DNA from: an uncultured Candidatus Rokubacteria bacterium | GTDB lineage: Bacteria > Methylomirabilota > Methylomirabilia > Rokubacteriales > CSP1-6 | Length of the DNA: 28,744 nt | Assembly (NCBI GenBank): GCA_963747235.1 | Contig: CAVVEU010000012.1 | Span: 1 to 28,744, forward strand | Direction: 5' to 3' | Translations under genes and position numbers: made by a program | Shown here: positions 7,762 to 18,501 of the stretch, piece by piece | Position numbering within the stretch: position 1 is the first letter of the stretch | Layout: each line of letters starts with the position of its first letter | The notes under the pieces: generated by a model | What the model was told of the DNA's origin: nothing | What the model saw: only the letters and a program-made list of their open reading frames with translations | Database searches by the model: none

Positions 7762-10700
7762 CTAGGCCCGGCGCAGGTACTTCGGGTTGATCCGGCCGAC
7801 TTCCTGCGCCGTCACGTCGATCGCGTGGCGGATCTGCTCCTCGGTGTGGCCGGCCGTGATGAAGAACCGTAGCCGCGCCGCCCGCTCCTCGACCGCCGGG
7901 TAGAGAATCGGCTGCACGTTGATCCCGCGGTCGAACATCGCCTGCGACAGCCGCAGGCAATGCAGCGAATCCCCCAGGATCACCGGGACGATCGGCGAGT
8001 CGTGGCTCAGGCCGGTATTCAGGCTCCGCTCCCGGGCCAGCGCCAGGAACAGGCGCGCCCGCTCGTGCAGCGCGGCGATCCGCTCGGGCTCCGCGGCCAG
8101 CAGCCGGATCGCGGCGAGCGCGGCCGCCGCGTTGGCCGGCGAGATGCCGACGCTGTACACGAAGCCGGGCGCGGTGTACTTCAGGTACTCGACCATCGCC
8201 CGGTCGCCCGCGATGTACCCGCCGCAGCTCCCGAAGGACTTGCTGAGCGTACCCATCCACAGGTCCACGTCCTGGGGATTCACCCCGAAGTGCTCGCCGA
8301 TGCCGCGCCCGTGGGGCCCCAGGACGCCGGCGGAGTGGGCCTCGTCCACCATGAGGAAGGCCTTGTGGCGCTTGCTGACCTCGATGAAGCGGGGCAGGTC
8401 CGGGATGTCGCCGTCCGTGCTGTAGACGCCCTCGATCGCGACCAGCACGCGGCGATGATCGCCGCGCAGGTCGGCCAGCACCCGGTCCACAACCTGCCAG
8501 TCGTTGTGGGGAAACGGACGCCGCTGGGCGCGCGACAGCATGGCGCCCTGGACGATGCTGTTGTGCGCGAGGGCGTCGTGCAGGATCAGGTCGCCGGGCC
8601 CGAAGAGGTGGCCCACCGTGGTCTCGTTCGTCGAGTGCCCGCCGACGAAGACGATCGCGTCGTCCACCCCGATGAAGTCGGCGATCCCCCGCTCCAGCTC
8701 GCGGTGCAGGCCGGTCTCGCCCGACACCAGGCGGCTGGCCGACACCGACGTCCCGTAGCGGTCGATCGCGGCGCGCGCGGCGGCGGACACCACCGGATCG
8801 CCCGACATGCCCACGTAGTTGTAGCTGGAGAAGTTGATCAGCTCCCGGCCGCCGATCACGGTCGTGTCGTTGGCGACCCGCTCGTGGACCCGGAAGAACG
8901 GATTGGCCAGTCCGGTCGCCTCGAGCATCTCGAAGCTCTGCCGGAGCTTGAGGTACTCCGGGTAGAGATCGAACCGATAATCTTCCGCCGGAATCTCGAC
9001 TCCGCCCGGCATGCCGCGCGAGTCCCGGCCGTCCACCAGGTACTTCTGGACCGCGTCGATGACCTCGCGGCACGTGTACATCTCGGCCACCACCTGGTCC
9101 GGGAGCCGGCCGCCGAAGTGGCTCTCCAGCGCCGCCACGATCTCCATGCGCTCGAGCGAGTCCAGCCCCATCTCGACGATGGACGAGTCGAGCTCGAGCC
9201 CGACCGTGCGGTCCTTGCCGATCGACCGGACCACGTCCAGCACGACCTCGGTGGTCGCCTCGAGAGTCTGTACTCGGGCCACCGCGCGCCGGCCGTTCGA
9301 GCTCGCCGCTCGGCGAACGGCCGCGGCGCGGGCCGGGCCGGCGGCCTCGCGAATCCCGCGGCGCGGAGCCGCGGGTGCCGCGATCGGCTCGTCGCTCCCG
9401 GCTCGATGCCACTCCGCCACCACGTCCAGGCTCGGCTCGAGAAACGCGTCGCGGCAGGCGCGCCGCTGGATCTTCCCGCTGGAGGTCCTGGGAATGCTCC
9501 CGGCGCGCACGAGCATGATCGAGTCGACCACGAGCTCGTGCTCCCGGCCCACGTCGCGGCGGACCTCCCCGAATACCTCGGCCGCCTCCGCCCGCTGGTG
9601 CCGCTCCAGCTCCAGGACGATCACCAGCTTCAGCGAAGGCCCCTCCCCCACCGTGAACGCCGCGCTCCACCCGGCCCGCAGGCCCGGGTGGCTCCGGGCG
9701 ACGGTGGCCTCGATATCTTGAGGGTAGTGGTTGCGCCCGTGGACGATCACCAGGTCCTTCAGCCGCCCGGTGACGAAGAGCTCACCGTCGTGCGTGAAGC
9801 CCAGGTCGCCCGTTCTCAGAAATGGACCGTCGCCCGTGTCGCGCAGGCGAGCGCGGAACGTCTGGTCCGATTCATCGCTGCGTTGCCAGTAGCCCTGCGC
9901 CACGCTCGGCCCCGAGACCCAGACCTCGCCCACCTCGCCGTCCGGCACGCGGGTCAGCCGGTTCGGATCGACGATGACCGTCCGCTGATCCGGCATGGCC
10001 TGGCCGCAGCTCACCAGGTCGCGGCCGCCGTCGGCGCCGGGCTCCGTCAGCACCGCGCGGTCGGCGCCGAGCGTCCGGTCATCGAAAGCGCGGACGATGG
10101 GCGGCGCGGTCTTGTGTCCGCCCGATACCAGCAGCGTCGCCTCGGCCATCCCGTAGCAGGGGTAGAACGCCTCCGGCCGGAAGCCGCACGGCGCGAACGT
10201 CTCGGCGAACCGCTCGAGAGTCTCCGCCCGCACCGGCTCGCCTCCGCTGAACGCCACCGTCCAGCTCCCGAGATCGAGCGTCTCCCGTTCCTCGGCGGTG
10301 ACCCTGCGCACGCACAGGTCGAAGGCGAAATCGGGGCCGCCGCTCGTGGTCGCGCGGTAGCGGGAGATCGCCTGGAGCCAGCGGAACGGCTTCTGGATGA
10401 ACGCCATCGGCGGCATCAGGATGTTCGGCCGGCCGATGAAGAGCGGCTGGAGGATCCCGCCGACCAGGCCCATGTCGTGATAGCTCGGCAGCCAGAACAC
10501 GCCGGAGGAGGACCGCGTGTGCTCGAACGCGTAGGCGATCACCGCCGAGTTGTGCAGCAGGTTCGCGTGGCTCAGCATCACGCCCTTGGGCGTGCCCGTC
10601 GAGCCCGAGGTGTACTGCAGGAACGCCAGCGTGTCGCCGGTGATCGGCGGCCGCTGCCATTGCCCCTCGTAGCTCCGATCCGTCCCGTGGGCGGGCGGGT

Positions 10701-11166
10701 CGGTGGAGAGCCAGCGCAGGGCCCTCAGGTCCGCGGTCTGATCGATCAGCGCCCCGATCCGCTCCAGCACCGCGTCGGTCGTGAGCGCAACCGTCGCGCC
10801 GGCGTCGGCCGCGATCGCCTGGATGCCGGTCGGCGCGCGGTTCAGCCGGGGCGGATACGCGGGCACCGCCACCACCTCGGCGTACTGGCAGCCGAAGAAC
10901 GCGGCGATGAAGTCGAGCCCGGGCGGATACAGGAGCAGGGCGCGCTGGCCCTTCAGGCCCGCCGACGTGAGCCAGGCGCCGATGGCGCGGGCCTGCCGGT
11001 CCAGCTCCCCGTAGGTCAGATGGCCGTCTTCGGACTCCCCGTCGGCCAGGAACGTGTACGCGCGGTCGTCCGCCTGGGAGTCTGCCCGTTCTTGCAGCAG
11101 ATCCACCAGCGTCGTCGCGACCGCGGGCGGGTCAAGAAATCGGTGCTGACGTGTTGGTCTGGGCAT
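7762..11166 (-). CDS. Fatty acyl-AMP ligase - acyl carrier protein - PLP-dependent alpha-oxoamine synthase (SPT/BioF family) fusion (1134 aa)
   Basis: FAAL motifs FLQYTSGSTGTPKG, YPCYGMAEATL plus insertion, FLRTGDLG, GRNHYPQDIE, PRTSSGKIQR; ACP motif GLDSL; AOS motifs SSYNYVG, DALAHNSI, DEAHS and GTLSKS (PLP lysine). Confidence 0.93.
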   Translation of the reverse strand: MPRPTRQHRFLDPPAVATTLVDLLQERADSQADDRAYTFLADGESEDGHLTYGELDRQARAIGAWLTSAGLKGQRALLLYPPGLDFIAAFFGCQYAEVVAVPAYPPRLNRAPTGIQAIAADAGATVALTTDAVLERIGALIDQTADLRALRWLSTDPPAHGTDRSYEGQWQRPPITGDTLAFLQYTSGSTGTPKGVMLSHANLLHNSAVIAYAFEHTRSSSGVFWLPSYHDMGLVGGILQPLFIGRPNILMPPMAFIQKPFRWLQAISRYRATTSGGPDFAFDLCVRRVTAEERETLDLGSWTVAFSGGEPVRAETLERFAETFAPCGFRPEAFYPCYGMAEATLLVSGGHKTAPPIVRAFDDRTLGADRAVLTEPGADGGRDLVSCGQAMPDQRTVIVDPNRLTRVPDGEVGEVWVSGPSVAQGYWQRSDESDQTFRARLRDTGDGPFLRTGDLGFTHDGELFVTGRLKDLVIVHGRNHYPQDIEATVARSHPGLRAGWSAAFTVGEGPSLKLVIVLELERHQRAEAAEVFGEVRRDVGREHELVVDSIMLVRAGSIPRTSSGKIQRRACRDAFLEPSLDVVAEWHRAGSDEPIAAPAAPRRGIREAAGPARAAAVRRAASSNGRRAVARVQTLEATTEVVLDVVRSIGKDRTVGLELDSSIVEMGLDSLERMEIVAALESHFGGRLPDQVVAEMYTCREVIDAVQKYLVDGRDSRGMPGGVEIPAEDYRFDLYPEYLKLRQSFEMLEATGLANPFFRVHERVANDTTVIGGRELINFSSYNYVGMSGDPVVSAAARAAIDRYGTSVSASRLVSGETGLHRELERGIADFIGVDDAIVFVGGHSTNETTVGHLFGPGDLILHDALAHNSIVQGAMLSRAQRRPFPHNDWQVVDRVLADLRGDHRRVLVAIEGVYSTDGDIPDLPRFIEVSKRHKAFLMVDEAHSAGVLGPHGRGIGEHFGVNPQDVDLWMGTLSKSFGSCGGYIAGDRAMVEYLKYTAPGFVYSVGISPANAAAALAAIRLLAAEPERIAALHERARLFLALARERSLNTGLSHDSPIVPVILGDSLHCLRLSQAMFDRGINVQPILYPAVEERAARLRFFITAGHTEEQIRHAIDVTAQEVGRINPKYLRRA

Positions 11167-11222
11167 CCTCGCGACGCATATTCGTCGACTGATTCAGGCT
11201 ACACCCGACCCCATCCTTCGGG

Positions 11223-11238
11223 TGTTCCCAATGAGACA
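11223..11238. promoter_or_regulatory. Candidate Crp-family binding site in the divergent promoter region of the lipid locus
   Basis: TGTTC-CCAATG-AGACA has the same 5-6-5 geometry as the sites at 25820, 27619 and 28391. It overlaps an 8-bp inverted repeat (acacccga 11201-11208 / tcgggtgt 11218-11225). Confidence 0.45.
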
Positions 11239-11275
11239 CTATCCTTCGCGTGACGCGGCCCGATAAGATTCACCC

Positions 11276-12416
11276 ATGGCGAGATCGGCCGCGGTCTCGA
11301 TACGCCCCATCGAGATGGGACGTAGAAAGGAGCTCAAAGCCTTCGTCACGTTTCCATGGAAAATTTACCGGGATGATCCCAACTGGGTCCCGCCGTTGAT
11401 CTTCGAGCAGCTCCAGTTCTTCACCCCAGGCCAAGAATCCGTACTTCGCCCATTCGACCGCCCAGCTCTACATGGCGTTCCGGGGCGACGAGCCGGTGGG
11501 GCGGATCTCCGCGCACGAGAACAATCAGCACATCCGGGCCCATCGGGACGGGGCGGGCTTCTTCGGCTTCTTCGAGTGCGTCGACGACTCGGCCGTCGCC
11601 GGCGCCCTGCTCGACGCCGCCGCGACCTGGCTGGCGGAGCGGGGGCTCAAGATCATGCGTGGCCCGCTGAGCTTCTCCATGCACCACGAGGTGGGCCTGC
11701 TCCTCGACGCCTTCGACGAGCCGCCCCGCATCCGGATGACCTACAACCCGCCGTACTATCCGGCCCTCATCGAGGGGCACGGTCTCCGGAAGATCCAGGA
11801 TCTCTTCGCGTACGTCATGCTCGAGAGCGAGGACATCCCGGAGCGGTTGCGCGCCATCGCCGATCGCGTCCTCGAGGATCCCCGACTCGTCATCCGGACG
11901 GTGGACGTCCGCGACTTCAAGAACGAGATGGAGCGGATCCGGACGATCTACGCGGAGGCCTGGGCCGAGAACTGGGGCGCGGCGCCCCTCACCGAGGAGG
12001 AGTTCGACCGGATCGTCGGCGAGTTCCGCATGATCTACGACCGCGATCTGTTCTTCATCGCCGAGTACGACGGCGAGCCGGCCGGCCTGTCCTTCGTGTT
12101 GCCCGACATGAATCAGGCCCTCCGGCGGGCGGGCGGCCGGCTCTTTCCCCTCGGCCTGCTGAAAATCCTCTGGCACCGGCGGAAGATCGACGCATGGCGC
12201 ATGCCCGTACTGGGTGTCCGCCGGGAGCATCGCCTGCGGGGCATCGAGGTCGCCCTCTGCTGCCGCACGTGTGACGTCGTCAGGACCAAGCGCAACTACC
12301 GCAAGGGCGAGATGTCCTGGATCCTCGAGAGCAACACCGCGGCGAACGCGGTGCTCAGGAAGCTGGGCGCGCGCCGGGCGAAGACCTACCGGATCTACGA
12401 GACGGCCCTTGGGTAG
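11276..12416 (+). CDS. GNAT-fold N-acyltransferase, bacterial ceramide synthase (bCerS)-like; +1 frameshift near 11424-11432 (379 aa if repaired)
   Basis: The first frame gives FVTFPWKIYRDDPNWVPPL. Removing one base gives KNPYFAH...VGRISA...GFFGFFE...MRGPLS...YNPPYY...LPDMN...LGVRREHRLRG...EMSWILESN...KTYRIYE, a family pattern I associate with bCerS-type proteins. Confidence 0.8.
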
Positions 12417-12425
12417 AGAGCTCGC

Positions 12426-13409
12426 GTGCGGGTACTCGTGACCGGAGGCACCGGATTCATCGGGAGCCACCTCGTCGAAGCCCTGCTCGCCCGCGGCCAC
12501 GACGTCCGCTGTCTCGTGCGGGACCCGCGGCGGCTCGGCTGGCTCTCCGAGATCCCGTCGGCGACGATCGTCCGCGGCGGCATGGACGAGCCGCGCGCGC
12601 TCCGCGAGGCCCTGCGCGGCGTGGACCAGGTCTACCACGTGGCCGGATTGACGCGGGCCCGCACGGCGCGCGAGTTCTTCCACGTCAATGGCGAGGGCAC
12701 GCGCCATCTGGTTCACGCGTGCCTGGAGGCCCCGGGCGGCCCTCGCCGCCTCGTCCACCTGAGCAGCCTCGCCGCGGTGGGGCCGATGTCGGCGGCCACC
12801 GCGTATGCCGAGGACGTCGCGCCCCGTCCGGTGTCCCCCTACGGGTGGAGCAAGCTGCAGGCCGAGGCGACCGTGCTCGCGGTGCGGGATCGCCTGCACG
12901 TCACCGTGCTGCGCCCGCCCGTCGTCTACGGTCCCCGCGATCGCGGTGTTCTGGAGGTCGCCCGGTGGGTGGCCCGGGGGCTTCTGCCGATGCCGGCCGG
13001 CCCCTCGCGGACGCTCAGCCTCTGCTACGTCCAGGATCTGGTGACCGCGCTGCTCACCGCGGGCGAGGCCAGGAGCCCGTCCGGCGAGGTCTTCCACGTC
13101 GCGGGCGACGGTGCCTTCACGTGGGAGCAATTCGGGGACGCCCTGGGCGAGGCGCTCGGGGTCCAGCCCACCCCGGTGCGCATCCCCCTCCCGATTCTCC
13201 TCGCCCTCGCCACCGTCGCGGACGCCTGGGCGTGGTCCGCGGGACGCCCCGCGTACTTCTCCCGCGGCAAGGTCCGCGAGGCGGCCGGCCACTGGCGCTG
13301 TGACACCGGCAAGGCGCGCCGGCAGCTCGGCGTCATCCCGCGCGTCGGGCTCAGGAACGGCGCGGCCGCCACCGTCGAGTGGTATCGCCAGGCGGGATGG
13401 CTGCCGTGA
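12426..13409 (+). CDS. NAD(P)-dependent extended SDR (epimerase/dehydratase family), candidate CerR-like 3-keto reductase (327 aa)
   Basis: GTG start; TGGTGFIG Rossmann motif, HLSS, YGWSK (YxxxK), RPPVVYGPRD. The functional call rests on gene context. Confidence 0.85.
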   Translation: MRVLVTGGTGFIGSHLVEALLARGHDVRCLVRDPRRLGWLSEIPSATIVRGGMDEPRALREALRGVDQVYHVAGLTRARTAREFFHVNGEGTRHLVHACLEAPGGPRRLVHLSSLAAVGPMSAATAYAEDVAPRPVSPYGWSKLQAEATVLAVRDRLHVTVLRPPVVYGPRDRGVLEVARWVARGLLPMPAGPSRTLSLCYVQDLVTALLTAGEARSPSGEVFHVAGDGAFTWEQFGDALGEALGVQPTPVRIPLPILLALATVADAWAWSAGRPAYFSRGKVREAAGHWRCDTGKARRQLGVIPRVGLRNGAAATVEWYRQAGWLP

Positions 13410-14386
13410 CGGGGCGGATCCTCTTCATCTGCGGCTCGATGAACCAGACGACCCAGATGCACCAGGTCTCGGAGCACCTCCCGGAGTACGAGCACGCGTT
13501 CACGCCCTACTACTGCGACGGGCCCACCGAGATCCTCCGGAAGCTCGGGCTGATCGAGTTCACGATCGCGGGGCACAAGCTGGCGGGACGCTGCCGGGGC
13601 TATCTCCAGAGTCACGCCCTCCCGGTGGACTACCAGGGTCGGAACGGCCGCTACGACCTGGTGGTGACGTGCACGGACCTGTTCGTCCAGAAGAACATCC
13701 GCCACCTCCCGATCGTGCTGGTGCAGGAAGGCATCACCGACCCGGAATCGGCCGCGTTCCATCTCGTGACGCGCCTCCGATTCCTGCCGCGCTGGCTCGC
13801 GGGCACGTCCACCACCGGACTCAGCGATCGATACCGCATCTTCTGCGTGGCGAGCGACGGGTATCGCGATCTCTTCGTCCGGCACGGGGTGCGCTCCGAG
13901 AAGATCGTCGTCACCGGGATTCCCAACTTCGACGACTGCCGGCGCTACGGCCACAATGACTTCCCGCATCACGACTACGCGCTCGCGTGCACGTCGCCGC
14001 TCCGTGAGCTCTTCCGGCGCGAAGATCGGCCCGCCTTCATCCGGCGCGCGGTCGAGCTCGCGGGCCGGCGGCCGCTCTTCTTCAAGCTGCACCCGAACGA
14101 GCGCGTCGAGCGCGCCACCCGCGAGATCCACCGGCACGCGCCGGGCGCCCGGGTGTTCGCGACCGGCAGCGCGGAGGAGATGATCGCGAACTGCGGCGTC
14201 CTGATCACGCGCTTCTCGTCCACCGCCTTCGTCGGCCTGGCCCTCGGCAAGGAGACCTACTCCGACCTCGACCTGGACGAGCTCCGCCGGCTGATGCCGC
14301 TCCAGAACGGCGCGGCGGCGCCCCTCATCGCGAATGCCTGCCGCCGGCTGCTCGCCGCCGCGCCGCAGGGAGCCGCCCGGGCATGA
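13406..14386 (+). CDS. GT-B-like protein, putative CMP/CDP-donor head-group transferase (326 aa)
   Basis: GTG at 13406 overlaps the upstream TGA. Motifs LVQEG, KIVVTGIPNFD, FKLHP and VLITRFSS resemble TagF-like, sialyl/Kdo-transferase-like and UDP-GlcNAc 2-epimerase-like GT-B folds. Confidence 0.65.
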   Translation: MTGRILFICGSMNQTTQMHQVSEHLPEYEHAFTPYYCDGPTEILRKLGLIEFTIAGHKLAGRCRGYLQSHALPVDYQGRNGRYDLVVTCTDLFVQKNIRHLPIVLVQEGITDPESAAFHLVTRLRFLPRWLAGTSTTGLSDRYRIFCVASDGYRDLFVRHGVRSEKIVVTGIPNFDDCRRYGHNDFPHHDYALACTSPLRELFRREDRPAFIRRAVELAGRRPLFFKLHPNERVERATREIHRHAPGARVFATGSAEEMIANCGVLITRFSSTAFVGLALGKETYSDLDLDELRRLMPLQNGAAAPLIANACRRLLAAAPQGAARA

Positions 14387-15665
14387 CCGACACTCGTCGG
14401 ATAGTCGTGACCGGCATGGGCGTCGTGACCCCCATCGGGGAGACGTGCGCCGAGTTCAGCGCCGCGCTCCAGGCGGGCCGCTCCGGCATCACCCGCTGGA
14501 AGCACATGGACGCGCGCACGCTGTCCAAGATCGGCGGCGACATGTGCGAGTTCGACCTGGCCGAGCACCTCGCGCGGGTCGGCGCGACGTATCCCCCCGA
14601 GCTGATCGCGCGGGCCCGCAAGGTCCTGCGCGCCACGCCCCTGACCGGACGGCTGGCCGGCGCCGCGGCGCTCCAGGCCTACCTGGACGCTGGGCTGCCC
14701 GCGCCCGGGCTCGATCCCGAGCGGGTCGGACACGTGGCGGGCGGCAACAATCTCAACAACAACTACTTCGTGGAGAACGTCCGCGCCTTCGACCAGGACC
14801 CCGACTCCATCGACCCCCGCCTCGGCATGGTCTTCTGGGACACCGACGTGCTCGGCAAGCTCGGCGAGCTGCTCACCATCAAGGGTCCCAACTACATGAT
14901 CGGCAATGCCTGTGCGAGCGGCAACGCGGCACTGCTCTGCGCGGCCGATCTCCTGCGCGCGGGCCGCATGGACGCGGTCGTGGTCTCGGCCGCCACGCAG
15001 GAGCTGGATCCGGTCGGGCTCCAGGGCTGGGCCCTGATGAACGCCCTGGTGTGGCAGGCATTCGAGGACGCTCCGACCGAGGCGAGCCGCCCCTTCGACG
15101 CCAGGCGCCAGGGGTTCGTGCCCGGCGAGGGCGCGGGGGCGGTCATTCTCGAGACGCTCGCCGCCGCGCGGGCGCGTGGCGCCCGGATCCATGCCGAGCT
15201 GCTGGGCGGCGTGTCCACGTGCGACGCCACGCGACTGCCCCGGCCGGTCGTCGAGGGCCAGACCCGGGTCATGCGCGGCGCCCTGCGCGACGCGCGCGTC
15301 GCGCCCGAGCGGGTCAACTACATCAACGCGCACGGCACCTCCACGATTCTCGCCGACGCCGCCGAGGTCGAGGCCATCAAGGAGGTCTTCGGCGCTCACG
15401 CATACCGCATCCCGATCAACGCGACCAAGTCCATGCTGGGGCACTGCCTCACCGCGGCGGGCCTGGTCGAGCTGGTGGCCGTGATCGTCCAGATGCGGGA
15501 CGGCTTCCTGCACCCCACGATCAACCTCGACGAGCCCGCGCCCGGCTTCGATCTCGACTTCGTGCCTCATAAGTCCCGCCCCTACGACATCGACGTCGCA
15601 CTCTCCAACTCTTTCGGCTTCGGCGGCCTCAACGCCTGCGTGGTCGTGGGCCGGGCTCCCGCGCC

Positions 15666-15669
<4 letters not shown>
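14383..15669 (+). CDS. Beta-ketoacyl-ACP synthase (KS1), Cys-His-His triad intact (428 aa)
   Basis: VVTGMG, NACASG, SRPFD, GEGAG, NAHGTST, KSMLGH, SNSFGFGG. Confidence 0.92.
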
Positions 15670-16584
<915 letters not shown>

Positions 16585-16592
<8 letters not shown>

Positions 16593-17730
16593 CGCGCGCG
16601 TGATCGCGGCCAATCTCGTCGTGAGCCTCAAGACGTTCTCCCGCGAGAAGTCCATCATGTTCTTCACGCTCGCGTTCCCGATCATCCTGGTCCTCGTGTT
16701 CGGCGCGATCTTCCTCCATCAGGATCGAGCGACCTTCGATCTCCACGTGCAGGATCTCGACCAGACCAGCGCTTCCGCCCAGCTCGTCAAGAACCTCGAG
16801 CTCGGCGGCACGTTCACCATCATCCCGGTGGACCCGGCCGCCGACGCCACCCGGTACGCCCAGGACCGGAAGGCGATCTTGGTTCTGGTGATCCCCCGCG
16901 GCTACGAGCGTGCCTACGCGCGGAGGCTCGGCCTCGTCGGGGGCATCCCGAACGCGGCGTTCCGCGATCCGAACGCCTCGGTGACGATCACCTACATCCA
17001 CAATCCCGGCGCGACCCAGAGCTCGGTGAGGATCCCGATCCTGTTCTCCGGCCTCGCGGTCGTGAACCAGGCGATGTCCGGGCAGTCGCCCTTCATCAAG
17101 ACGGCCGAGACCTCGCTGCTGACCCGGAGGTACCGCTTCATCGAGTTCTTCGTCCCCGGCATCATCGCGATGTCGGTGATGACGTCGAGCCTGTCCGGCG
17201 CGGTGAACATGAACGCGGAGCTCCGGCAGAAGGGCGTCATCCGGAAGCTCTCCACCACCCCCATCACCCGCACCGACTGGATCCTGTCGAACGTCCTCTA
17301 CCAGCTCGTCCTGGCGGTGATCTGCACGGTGGCCATCCTGGCGGTGAGCTACCTGGTGTTCGGCGTCCGCCTGCGGATCGACGCTTGGCTCCCCGCGTTC
17401 CTCGTGCTCGAGGTCTTCGCCTTCGGCGGGCTCGGGATGATCCTCACCCGCGTCGCCCACGAGGCGGAGAGCGCGACCGCGGCGGCCAACTTCATCATGT
17501 TCCCGATGATGTTCCTCTCGGGGAGCTTCTTTCCGCTCGAGCTGATGCCGGGCTTCCTGCAGACGATCGCGCGGATCCTGCCGCTCTACTACGTCAACGA
17601 GGGGCTCCGAGCGGCCATGGTCCTGGCCGACCGCGGCGCCGCGCTGCGCGACGCCGCGGTGATCGGCGCGTTCGCGGTCGCGGTCTTCGTCCTGGGCGTC
17701 AAGGCCACCCGCTGGGAGGAGGCCGCGTGA
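16585..17730 (+). CDS. ABC-2 type exporter permease with periplasmic domain
   Basis: One N-terminal TM, a periplasmic loop, then FFVPGII, ER/K-G-type loop, FLSGSFFPL and multiple TMs. The start may be GTG 16585 or GTG 16573. Confidence 0.92.
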
Positions 17731-18494
17731 CCGGCTCCGTGCCTGGCCCGCTGGCGGGAACGATCGCGCTGGTCACCGGGGCCTCCCGGGGCATCGGGCG
17801 CGCCATCGCGCTGAAGCTGGCCGCGGCGGGCTGCGACGTGGCGGTCAACTACGTCAACAGCCACGACGAGGCGGACGCGGTCTGCGCGGCGGTCCGGGCG
17901 GCGGGACGCCGCGCCTGCGCCATCCAGGCGGATGTCGGCAAGCCCGAGAGCGTGACGGAGCTCTTCGCCGAGCTCGGCCGCCACTGGGACCACCTCGACA
18001 TCCTCGTGAGCAACGCGGCCTCCGGCGTCCTCAAGCCCACGCTCGAGATGACGCTCAAGCACTGGCGCTGGTGCCTCGAGACCAATGCCCTCGCGCTGGC
18101 CCTGCTGGCCCAGCGTGCCGTCCCGCTCATGCCGGCGGGCGGCCGCATCGTCGCCATCTCGAGCCTGGGCGCCGACCGCGCCATGCCCGGCTACGGATTC
18201 GTCGGGGCGTCCAAGGCCGCGCTCGAGTCCCTCGTGCGCACCCTGGCCCAGGAGCTGGGCCCGCGGGGCATCCGCGTCAACGCGGTGAGCGCGGGTGTCG
18301 TGGACACCGACGCGCTGCGCGCCTTCCCCGAGCGCGATGTCCTGCTGTCCACGTTCGCAGAGCGCGCCCCGGCCGGCAAGGCGCTCACCGTCGACGACGT
18401 CGCGGGAGCCGTCTATCTCCTCTGCCTGCCGGAGGCCGCGATGATCACCGGCCACACGCTGGCCGTGGACGGTGGCTTCTCGATTGCGGGCTGA
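17727..18494 (+). CDS. fabL: Enoyl-ACP reductase, FabL-type SDR (255 aa)
   Basis: GTG at 17727 overlaps the upstream TGA. TGASRGIG, NAASGVLKP, SSLG, Y-x6-K (YGFVGASK) and DTDALRAFP are close to Bacillus FabL as I recall it. Confidence 0.85.
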   Translation: MTGSVPGPLAGTIALVTGASRGIGRAIALKLAAAGCDVAVNYVNSHDEADAVCAAVRAAGRRACAIQADVGKPESVTELFAELGRHWDHLDILVSNAASGVLKPTLEMTLKHWRWCLETNALALALLAQRAVPLMPAGGRIVAISSLGADRAMPGYGFVGASKAALESLVRTLAQELGPRGIRVNAVSAGVVDTDALRAFPERDVLLSTFAERAPAGKALTVDDVAGAVYLLCLPEAAMITGHTLAVDGGFSIAG

Positions 18495-18501
18495 GGCGGG
18501 C

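Noticed and set aside
7762-9000. Biotin synthesis (BioF) interpretation of the PLP domain
   Set aside because: No other bio genes nearby; the domain is fused to a FAAL and ACP and sits next to acyltransferase and reductase genes. Only phylogeny could exclude it formally.
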